DNA of 24,847 bases from Piromyces finnis finn. Lineage: Eukaryota > Fungi > Neocallimastigomycota. Position numbers and translations under genes: made by a program. Shown piece after piece: positions 1-10,190 of this stretch. The notes under the pieces were generated by a model. It searched no databases. It was given only the letters and a program-made list of their open reading frames with translations, and was not told the DNA's origin. Position 1 is the first letter of the stretch. Every line of letters begins with the position of its first letter. Location: assembly GCA_002104945.1 (NCBI GenBank), contig MCFH01000146.1, positions 1 to 24,847 on the forward strand, given 5' to 3'.

Positions 1-3000
1 TTCGATAGACCAATATTTATCAGCCGTCTTTACATTTTCAGCAGTTCTAGGGTCCATCGGTAGTGATTTATAAACTTTTCCAAAAGAATTTCATCGGAAC
101 TCTTGTTTTGATCTTTAGTGGGTCGGGAGCTATATCAAAAGGTTGTTGGTCTTCCCTACCATAAACTAGCTCAAAACTTGAATGTTTCGTAGCCGTATTC
201 TTTGTAGTTCTTAAGGCCCAAAGCGGGAAGGTAGAACTTCATCCCAGTCTTTATTTTCTTTCCCTAAAAGTCTTAAAAGTTTCCCAATTTCCTTATTTCG
301 GTTTTCTGTTAATCCATTACTTTCAGGGTGGTAGGGAACTGTGAACTTCACATATACGTCATATAGGTCTAGAAATATCTTTGTCATATCTGAGGTAAAT
401 TGAGTTCCATTATCTGTAGTAATAACTTGTGGTACCCATGTCTTGCAAACACATTTATTAAAAACTTTATCACGTCCAGAGAAGTAACAGTTTCCACCGC
501 TTCGGCTTCTACCCATTTAGTAAAATAGTCAACTATGACTATTATATATTGTTTACTATTTCTTGTCTTAGGTAATGGCCCAATAATATCCAAACCTAGA
601 TGTACAAATGGTCCTTCCACTTTAGTAGCTTTGTCCTCAGTTGGTTCTGGATAAGGTTGTGGTCTATTTACTTGACACTTCTCACACTTGCTAATAATTC
701 TTTAATATCCGCTATCATATCATTCCAATAATAATTTTTCTTTAACCTTTGATAAGTCTTATAATAACCTTCATGACCTACGTTATGTGCTTGAAATATT
801 AACTTTACTTTTTCTTCTACAGTAGATATTAGCTGACGTAAGTTATTACCATCTACGAAATAGTCCTTCCCATCTATGGTAGTAAATTTTTCAGCTATAA
901 ACTCCTTAATAACTTTGGTTAATAACTCTTCATTATTAGTTTTATTAATTTTTGTTACCAGTATCTTTTTCTCCTCTTTATTCTTCATTCTTGATAATGC
1001 ATCAGCTATACATTATTCTTTCCTTTATCATATTGAATATCAATATCCAACTGACTTACTGTAAGACACCATCTGTTGTGACGTGCACTATTTGGTTCCT
1101 TATTTTTAAATAAACCCAAAAGTGGTTTATGGTCCGTATAAACTATAGTATGTACGGGTTTCCTAAAATATAAGGTTTTAACTTACTCACGCAAAAGAAT
1201 AACGCAGCACTTCTAACTCTGTTATTCCATAGTTCTTCTCCGCTTTACTAAGACTTCGACTAATATATGTACAGGGTGTTCTATTTTGTTAGTTTCATTT
1301 CTTGTAATAAAACACCACCCACTCCTTCATACGACGCGTCCGTACGTATGATAAAAGGCTTATCAAATTCAGGAAACTTTAAAATGGGAGCGTTTATCAG
1401 TTTTTCTTTTAATACTTTAAATGCTTTTTCATGTTTTTCTTCCCATTTATATCGTACATTTTTCTTTAATAACTCACATAAGGGCGCGGTTATTGAGAAT
1501 AATTAGGAATAAAATTTCGATAATATCCTACTGCACCCAAAAACGAACGTAACTCATGAATATTTCCTGGAGCTTCCCACTCCTTATGGCTTCTATTTTA
1601 CTTTCCAAAGGACTCAAACCTTTAGTAGATAACCTGTGACCATACATTACTTCTTCCTTCATAAAACTACATTTCTCAAGATTTATTTTTAATTCATTTT
1701 CTTTCAATATTTCAAATACTCTTTAATATGTTCCATGTGTTCTTCCACACTCTTGGAATATATGAGTACATCATCAAAAAATTATATACACAATTTCCTA
1801 TTAAAGGAAATAATATCTTATTCATTTCCCTCTGAAAAGTTGCTGGTGCATTAGTTAACCCAAACGGCATGACCTTAAACTGATAGTTACCAAACTTGGT
1901 AGTAAAACTAGTAACCTCAGTGCTTTCCTCATGCATAGAAATTTGATGATAACCTGAATATAAGTCCATAGTAGTGAATATTTTGGCTCCGTTCAGACTA
2001 TCAAATATTTCATCAATATAGGGGAGTGAATAAGAGTCCTTTTCCGTGAGGTCGTTCACTCTCCTATAGTCCACACACATTCTCCACTTACCATTATGTT
2101 TTGGAACCAGAACTACAGGGGAGGACCATTCTGAATAGGACGGCTCTATTAATTTTTTTCTATTAGCTTAGTTAACTCTTCTTTTAGTATATCTGATTTA
2201 AATTTAGTTAACCTATAAGCTCTTTGTTTAACTGGTTTTACACCAGCCTTTAGATTTATTTTATGTGGTGATAATTTAGAAGGCGTTAATTCCTCAGAAG
2301 ACGTCGCAATAACCTCTAAGTTTTCTTCCAAAAGTCGGAGTATTTCTTTCCGTTTATCTTTTGGTAAGGTGTTCAAGAATATCTCATTGTGATATATACT
2401 CCTGAGGTGGTAAACCTTCAATAGACTTCAAGCTTTTAGTATCTCCATCTGGTATCTTCTTAATAGTACATACCAATTTTCCTTCATTATAATATTGGTT
2501 ATTGATAGGTACTATTTCTTCTACTAACCTCTTTCTTTCACTTGACATAAGCTCTTGGTTACTGGATTTATATATAATAAATTATCTACTTGAGTTTTAT
2601 AATTTATTAACATATCATAGAACGGTTCTTCTTTTTCAAGTATTCTGAAGTCAACCACTAGTTCTACCTCTCCTATTCTAACTGGTATACGCACACAGTA
2701 CCCTCAGAGTATTCTTCATCAGTAGTAGTAGTCGAATACCTTTGCTTATTCCTACCACTTCATATTCCTTTGGTAGTCTTTTGTAAAAAGAAGATGTAAT
2801 AACATTTAAGTTACTACACGTATCCACCAGTAGTTTTCCTGGTATCCCATCCACAGTCGCATCCACCATTGCTATTCCTCTTCTGAAGCTTCATTATTCT
2901 TATATATAGTCATGGTTGATATTATTTAATAAGGTTGTAGTAGCTACTATGTTATTTAATGCATGATACCTTGCTTTGTACTTTCTCTAACTTTAGTCCT

Positions 3001-3719
3001 TGGGAAAGTTGTGTTCTTATTTTGGGCATACATTAAATAACTGTCCATAAGTAATATCACATTTAGCTGTGTTTAAATCTTCAAAAATATCATAATCACT
3101 GGTATCACCTCTCATTTGGATATTACGTGTGACTTTCTCCTCTTTAGTTTTATCTTTTTCTTTATCTTTAGTCATTTTCAATAACGTCGGTAGAATATCT
3201 GTATTTTTCTTTTTAGCTTTTTCTACTTCTACTTTATCTTCCGTATCAATACTGACCTCCATATCTTCGTTTTCTTCTCTTTCGTTTTTATTTATGGTGG
3301 TTGGTGGTTTACTTCTTTGTTTTCTCTGAGTTTTTACTTTTCTCTTTTTCCTTGTTAATATTAGGTTGACTCAGAACAGACGTGTCAAGTTGGTTCTTGG
3401 GTTGTGATGGTGAACCTGATTCTAAACTCTCATTACTGAGTTCACGTTCTTGTTGCTTCCTAGTAGCAGGGGTAACTATTGGTCTTGGGTCTTCTTTTAA
3501 TGATTTTTGTACTCTTTTCTTGGAAGAGTCTTCTTCATCATTAGCTTTTCTTTTAGCTGCAGCAATAATTTTATCTTCAATAGAAGATATTTCTTCATTA
3601 TCTGATAAGTCAGAATACTCAGAATATTCAGAGCACTCATTATTATCAACTGAACTGTTATTAAGTGAAGCTATTTTTGGATTACTGGGAGTGCTTCTTC
3701 TCCCACTATCTAATTTAAA
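1..3719 (-). pseudogene. pol: Element A pol (PR ~2680-2880, RT ~1560-2300, RNase H ~1100-1500, IN ~1-990), broken by many frameshifts
   Basis: Fragments: LLVDTCSNL (PR); MCVDYRRVN...MDLYSGYHQI...VMPFGLTNAPATFQR (RT); RTDASYEGVGGVL and YTDHKPL (RNase H); AHNVGHEGYYKTY...KCEKC, HLGLDIIGP, TDNGTQF, YHPESNGLTE (IN). Confidence 0.93.
3667..3719 (-). promoter_or_regulatory. Predicted -1 ribosomal frameshift signal with pseudoknot (element A gag-pol)
   Basis: Minus strand reads TTTAAAT tagatag TGGGAG aaGAAGCa CTCCCA, 14 nt, GCTTC. The -1 frame (FKLDSGRRSTPSNPK...) stays open into ORF 3017-3262. Confidence 0.85.
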
Positions 3720-5308
3720 TGACCTTTTCTGGCCTTTTGTTTGTTTTCTTCTACTATGGCACTCAGTTTAGGACAATGATATTGAAAGTGTCCCTTCTCG
3801 TTGCAAAAGTAGCAAGTTTTGATAGTTAAGTTTCTCATTTTCTCCGTCAACTCATTCATAGGATCTTCTTATCATTACCATAATTCGCTATTGTTGGCTT
3901 CTTGTTCCTTTCATAGCTATCTTCTTTTCTTTCATATTATTTTTATATCTTTTATCAGAGTTAGAAGAGGTGGATACATCATAATTGTTAGCTTTATGAC
4001 GATTTCTTAAATTTAGTCTATCCCCATCTTCGGCAAGCTTGTAGGCTTCTGCTAAGGTAACTTCTTTTTCCCTACGCACATTTTCCCAGGCTTTATGTTA
4101 GGCTCAATGGAATCTAAGTAATCTTCAACATCTACTTTCCTTCTACGCTTCTTGTCTAGTTTGACATACAAGGAACGGTACCTTATGTTGAAGCTTTTAC
4201 TTTTTCATTCTTTTTGATTCGCATATCCCTAAGCTCCTTGAGAAGTTCTATTTGATCTTCCTTTACTCCATAAAATTCTTCTAACATAGTGTAAAAGTTT
4301 TATAAATGTAAACAGATTATAAAATTTTTTACAATAAAACAACAACACAAAATAAAGAAAAAACAAGAAAATAAATTATATTTAAAAAATATTCTTTTAT
4401 TAATTTTATTTAGTTATTAACTAAATAATAGTCAATAACAATTACATCGTTTTAATTAAGAAAATTTACATGCATTTAATTTTTCGTAAATTATATTTTA
4501 ATATACTATTCTATTTAAATATTATACTATTAATATAAACAAAACTAATTTAATACTAATTTAATTAAATAATAAAATAATAACTAAACTAAAACTAATT
4601 AAATACACTTTTGATTCAATTTGAGTAAACTGTAAATTAATACAGTCCTGTATTACCTATATATTAATTAAATATTATTACTATTTATTATATATTTATA
4701 AAAATGCTAATTTAAAACTACGCAAGTTATTAAACTAATTTTAATTAAATAAAAACTTTTAAGATTTAATTAATATTTAAAATATTTAAATTTAATTATC
4801 CATTAATTTAAATTTTATCCAAATTTCATTTGTAACTTTGATATTTTAAAATTAATATTTATTTAATTATTCCATAAAATTTATACAATAAATTTTATAA
4901 ACAATTTTTTCATTAAAATATCAAAATTATTATTCAATAATTATTAATTAATTATTAAATAATTTAAAGTATACTTTATATCTTTACACATAGTGACTAT
5001 CTTTTAAGGAAGGGTAGTGAGCTTTCTCTTTCCTCTACCTTCATCTTCTTCATCACTATCTTCACTGTCTTCATCATTTTCAAAGTCCTTATTAGGATTC
5101 AACTCTTGAATAAGTTCATTTGGTGTTGTAGTAGTAAAAAACAAGCTAGAAACCATTTTTGGACTTTTAACATCTTGAAGCATAGTCCAATACTTTAATT
5201 GATATACCAAGTCTTAATGTCCAAATTATCTTCGGTTAATCTAGTGACATGCTTTAATTCCTTCATTAATTTAGCAAAGTCAATAGATTTATCAGCTCCC
5301 GTACTCAT
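3710..5308 (-). pseudogene. gag: Element A gag, interrupted by a solo LTR at 4290-4988
   Basis: N-terminus MSTGADKSIDFAKLMKELK aligns with element C Gag (SRIDFKELKKELK). Across the insertion it rejoins as KIVTMLEEFYGVKEDQ. Zinc knuckle CYFCNEKGHFQYHC at 3773-3814; TAG at 3710-3712. Confidence 0.9.
4290..4988. mobile_element. Solo LTR (699 bp) of a separate family inserted into element A gag
   Basis: Ends are TGTAAAAG and TCTTTACA. Perfect 5-bp TSD CATAG at 4285-4289 and 4989-4993. Removing it rejoins gag. Confidence 0.88.
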
Positions 5309-5689
5309 TTTTATATACAAGTTTTAAATAAAGATAAAAATACAATTTTACAATAATATTAAAGAATGAAACAAGTTTAAAAAAATAATTTTCTTTTATA
5401 AGAATTTAAAAGAATGAATTACAACAATATTTGAAATATATTTAATTAACAACACTAATAATTATTCTCTTTAGTTAAACTAGTAATACCAATATAAAAT
5501 ACTTCCTTAATGCACCAATTAACAATATTAATTTCTCTCTATTAACTATTTTAATTGTGCCTTGAAGTATATAACTTTTTATATACTAGTATAACCCTTT
5601 TTGAATTATTAACTATTTTAATTAAAATAATAATACAAAATATAAAAGTAACTATAAAAATGTAGTGTGATATCAATATGTTATTATTA

Positions 5690-5706
5690 TCCCCGATACT
5701 CCACCA
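5690..5706 (-). promoter_or_regulatory. Primer binding site of element A (tRNA-Ala type)
   Basis: Minus strand TGGTGGAGTATCGGGGA is complementary to a tRNA 3' end ...UCCACCA. It lies 7 nt from the LTR. Confidence 0.8.
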
Positions 5707-5713
5707 TTAATTA

Positions 5714-6551
5714 TGCTACGGTTCAAATAAGATATCACAAAAACACTTGAATAGTTATAAAGATAAAAATTTATTTAATTTTAATTTTATTCATTTAATT
5801 TATTTTTGATTTTTCAATTTTTAAAATTTTCTCAAAATCTCGTACTTTTTCCAACTATCCATTATTTGAAATTTAATGGTTTTGGATAGCTAAGGATTTA
5901 AATTGATTTCATTCATAATATATGGATCATTCACTGTAACATATATTAATTAAATCCTTAATATTATTATGAATAATTCTATTTTGAATAGAAAAATTTT
6001 TAATTTATAATTAATAAATTTTAATTTATGATATGTGTAACATTTTTGCATATCATATATTATATATTTAATTATGACATATAATAAAATTATATTATTC
6101 AATTAATTATGCCCTTTTTTAGACATAAATAATAATTTTTCTGTCGAGGTATCTTCTTGTTTTGTGTGTAACAGTTGCCTCTTTTAGTAAAAATTATAAT
6201 TAAATTCTATGTCTAATTTCAAATTATAAAATATTACAATAAAGTTAATTAATAAAATAAACCTTAAATAATAAAAATACCTATAACTATTTATATAATA
6301 AAATTTTGTAAAATTTATAAGTATAAAATATTATAATTAATTATACTAATTAATAATAAAAGGTCTTAAATAACTATATACAATATATAACTATATAATA
6401 AAAATATTAATAATTACTAGAAAATGTATAAAATTATATATTATAATTTTATTTTTAAAAATAGAGTTAAACACTAGTAAGGAATATAAATAGTTGAAGG
6501 TTAAATCCTAAAATTCTAGCTAATTCAACTATTTATGTTCATTCCTTAACA
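5714..6551 (-). repeat. 5' LTR of element A (838 bp)
   Basis: Ends TGCTACGGTTC and TTCCTTAACA resemble the termini of the element C LTRs; adjacent to the PBS. The partner LTR is outside the window. Confidence 0.78.
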
Positions 6552-6555
6552 TTTT

Positions 6556-7232
6556 TGTTACGGTTCGAGGAATTTACTTTTATTTATAAAAATATTAATA
6601 AATTTATTAATACTCAAAAATAATATTAAATGAAATAAGAAAAATTGTTTTATTAATAAAATTGTTTTATTAAGATATTAATAAAAATTATAAATAAAAT
6701 AAAAATAAAATAAAATATCTGTATATTCTCTAATTATAATATACACCTTTTTATATTTTTGTAAAAAATTAAGTAGTGTTAATTAAAAGAATTAGTCTTT
6801 ATTATTTACTTAATTTTAGTATTTAAATTACTTTTAAATGAATAATAAATTACATTATATTATAATAAATATTATACTATTATTAAATTGATTAGCATAC
6901 ATTAAAAGTTTACTTTAAATATATTTAACTAAAGAATTTTACTATTTTACAGAAATATTATTCATAATTTAATTAATAAAAATTCATTAACTTGATAATT
7001 AAACTAAAAGTTCAATAAACTATAATTTTCATATTATTATTATATTAATTTTTAAGTTTAATAAAATAAATTTAAGTTCAAAAATAATTATTATAATTTA
7101 AATATAATTTAAGTGTATATTATTACAAATAAGAATATTGTAAAGTTTCATACATTTAGGAACAATAATGAATGGATTAGGTCATAATCATTAATTATGA
7201 CAAGAATAACATTATTTGTTGGTTCCTTAACA
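6556..7232 (-). mobile_element. Solo LTR (677 bp) of a subfamily related to element C
   Basis: Alignable end to end with 16297-17010 and 23065-23773 (TGTTACGGTTCGAGG...GGTTCCTTAACA), but with many substitutions. Flanked by TTTT on both sides; no internal region. Confidence 0.9.
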
Positions 7233-7708
7233 TTTTTTGTGTAAAAGGTTTTTTAATTATTAGTTAATAAGTTACTAATTAGTTAATTAAGTTAGTTATT
7301 ACCTCTCTAACGAGTTAATAACTAAATAAAGTTTTATAAAAATATAAAGAAAGAAAATAAATTTATAACACTAAAATAAATATAACACTTATATAATTTT
7401 ATGAAATAACTTTTACTTAAATAATTATATTTTAATTATATCTTTTATTTATTTATTATAATTTAATTATTATATTATAGCTATTAATTTACTTTAATAC
7501 TAACGCAAAGTATTTAACGTTAGTTTTGACTATCTATTAACTATATGAGTTTATTTCTTTACCATTGATTGGGTAAAGCAAATAAATTCCTATTTAATTA
7601 ATAACCATTATATATGGTTAACATATTTTGGCCAATAAATGATGACCAGAATATTGGTTTCAATTGAAATATTGTGGGCAAACTTATGGCCACAAATATT
7701 TCTTACAT

Positions 7709-8425
7709 TGATGCAATATTTAAAACACCATAAATAAAATATAATTATGAACGTTAGCAATGGGAAGTATATGAATAATATATTAGTTATATTGTATTTA
7801 TTTCTATTTTATAATAATAAAAATAATAAATAATATTTATAATATAATTAAATATTTTGGTTTAAAGATTCTTTATTTAATTATTTATTATTATGTATAA
7901 CATTAATAACATTCAATACTAATAGGATCGAAAGTTATTATTGAATAAATATAAATAGTTAAATATAATGTGTAAATATAAAATATGTTGATGAAAGTAT
8001 TATTAATGATAAATATAACTTTTCTGAAATAGTAAAAATAAACAATATTCTTTTCTTTTATAACTAATATTTAAACTGAAGGAATATAATAAATACTAAT
8101 ACGTAATTATTAACCTAAAACTAACTTAAACTAAACTATTAATATAAAAATAAAATAAAATAAACTAATACTTAAAACTAAAATATCAAATATTATTTAT
8201 AAATGAAAAGTTCTCTCTCTTGATATCTTCTGCTTTAACACTCTCTTTATATCTTTTCCTTTCTTGTGTAACTAATTATTCTAATGTATGTGTAACATTT
8301 GCGTCATAATAATTTATACTAATATAGTTTTATTATTATCATTAGTAATTGATATACAATTTATAAAAGGATTAGTATTATTCATAAATATTTAAAATAT
8401 TATATTTTTCTTGCATCTTGTATCA
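7709..8425 (-). repeat. 3' LTR of element B (717 bp)
   Basis: TGATGCAA...TTGTATCA; direct repeat of 15543-16292 differing mainly by 1-2 nt indels. Confidence 0.95.
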
Positions 8426-8440
8426 GGAGGCCCCCACTTT
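8426..8440 (-). promoter_or_regulatory. Polypurine-tract-like site of element B
   Basis: Minus strand AAAGTGGGGG-CCTCC immediately before the TG of the 3' LTR. Confidence 0.65.
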
Positions 8441-10089
8441 AAATAAGACTTCGTCCCTTGAAGTCGTCGTATTTTTCATTAATGTTTCATTTCAATAAAA
8501 CTACTAATATAGGGAATTACATTCTTTAAATGAATATTTCTTTCTGCAATATCATTTGTAATTGGATCGCACTGTTACAGTATTAAGTTGTTGTTTTACA
8601 ATTTTTAGAGGTCCAAGATATAAGGATCTAATTTTCTTCTATTAAAATTTCTAATTAGAACTAAATCACCAGGCTTAAATTCACTACGTAGTCTTTTGAT
8701 TTGTCTTCTTCTATCTTTCCATAGCTCATTAGCTGTTTCAATATTATTTATTGCTTCTTTAATCCATTGGTTATGATTTATAAATTTCCTAATATAATAT
8801 TCTTCTTCATTTTCTTCTTTTAACCTTTTATCAACATTGATACTAAGTTCAAATGGTTGGAGGTCTCTTCTTCCGTATAGGAGTTCAAAACTACTAAATT
8901 TTGTAACTTCGTTTTTTGCAGTTCTAAGGGCCCATAATGCACTAGGTAGTGTTTTCATCCCAATCTTTATTTTTCTTTCCTAATAATCGTAAGTATTTGA
9001 TATTTCTCTATTTTCTATTTTCAACTTCTCCATTTGAGGCTGGATGATAGGTACTAATATAATGAACATATACATCATGTAAATCTAGAAAAGCTTTTTG
9101 TTTTATCAGATATGAATTGTGGTCCATTATCTGTAATTAATACTTCTGGTATACCATGTCTTGAAAATACATTAGTGAGGAATCTTATTACATCCTCAGA
9201 TTCAGTTTTCATTAAAGGTTCTGCTTCCACCCATTTGGTTAAATAATCTACCCAATACGATTATATATTTATTTCCTCTAGCAGTGGTATATAACGGACC
9301 TATTAAATCTAAACCAACTCTACTAAATGGTAAACCTGGAGGAGTTGCTAAATCTTTCCAAAAATAATCTCTTCTTAGTCTGTGATATGTCTTGTATGTT
9401 CCTTCATGACCAATAGAGTGAGCTTCATTAATTAGTTTCCATTTTTCAATCACTATTGTAATAACTTTTCTTAATAAATCATTTTGTTTATAATATTGAA
9501 CTCCATCAATGTATACAAATCTTTTAGTTATAAAATCTTCAATAAAATTATTTAGCATATTTCTATTATTATTCGTATTTGAATATAGATAATTATCATT
9601 CATATTTCTTTTGTTATTATTCTCATTAATATTTATCATAACATTATTATTGTCTTTACAAATATCACTATTATTATCACTTTCTATATTATTATCATTT
9701 CCATTATTTATATAATCAAAATCTGTTTTACAATTTTCATTATAATTTCCAATTAATATCATATCATTCAGTTTGTTATTTTATCATAATTAATATTATA
9801 ATTATTAACATAATTTTTTATTATTAATTAATATATTATCATTTATCTTATTTTCATTAGTGTTATTTAAAGGCGTTGAATTCTTATTTTTATCTTCATT
9901 TTCTTTTCTTATTCCAAGTTTATTATCTGGAATGTTAGTATATTAAATAAATCATTATTTATATTATTATTATTTTGCTGTATTATCATTTATAAATAAT
10001 GAACATTCTTCTTTCTTATTTTTAATTATATTTTCTTCCATTATATCCTTTATATTATTGTTTTTTCTGCTATCATATTTTTCATTTAT

Positions 10090-10190
10090 ATTATTATTAT
10101 TATTATTATTATTATATTATTATATTATTATTATTATTTATTATTTATTATTATTATTTATTATTATTATTATTATTATTTATTAATTAT
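10090..10190. repeat. Imperfect (TTA)n microsatellite in the RNase H-integrase linker of element B
   Basis: Visible tandem TTA/ATT run; AAT (Asn) codons on the coding strand. Confidence 0.85.

Larger units (their letters stand above)
1..6551 (-). mobile_element. Ty3/Gypsy LTR retrotransposon A; integrase C-terminus and 3' LTR lie beyond the window's left edge
   Basis: Minus-strand order is LTR (5714-6551), PBS, gag with CCHC, PR, RT, RNase H, IN. Proteins are closely similar to element C. Confidence 0.95.

Noticed and set aside
1760-1790. RT motif FxDD instead of YxDD in A and C
   Set aside because: FIDD is common among Ty3/Gypsy RTs, and both sites also contain indels.
3670-3712. UAG read-through (MLV-like) as the gag-pol mechanism
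   Set aside because: The 0 frame hits another stop 12 codons later in A, and likewise closes in C, whereas the -1 frame is open in all three elements.
3382-3771. Plus-strand ORFs (e.g. 3382-3771, 876-1064, 1267-1506, 3129-3329, 14635-14859, 17888-18103, 20776-20958)
   Set aside because: Antisense shadows of gag/pol with S/L/F-rich composition and no recognisable domain.
6245-6445. Possible degenerate ~100-bp tandem duplication in the element A LTR
   Set aside because: Similarity is mostly in low-complexity A/T sequence and cannot be supported without an alignment.
7620-7702. CRISPR-like or regularly spaced repeat array
   Set aside because: The motifs are short, degenerate and in mixed orientation, with no spacer regularity, and the context is eukaryotic.
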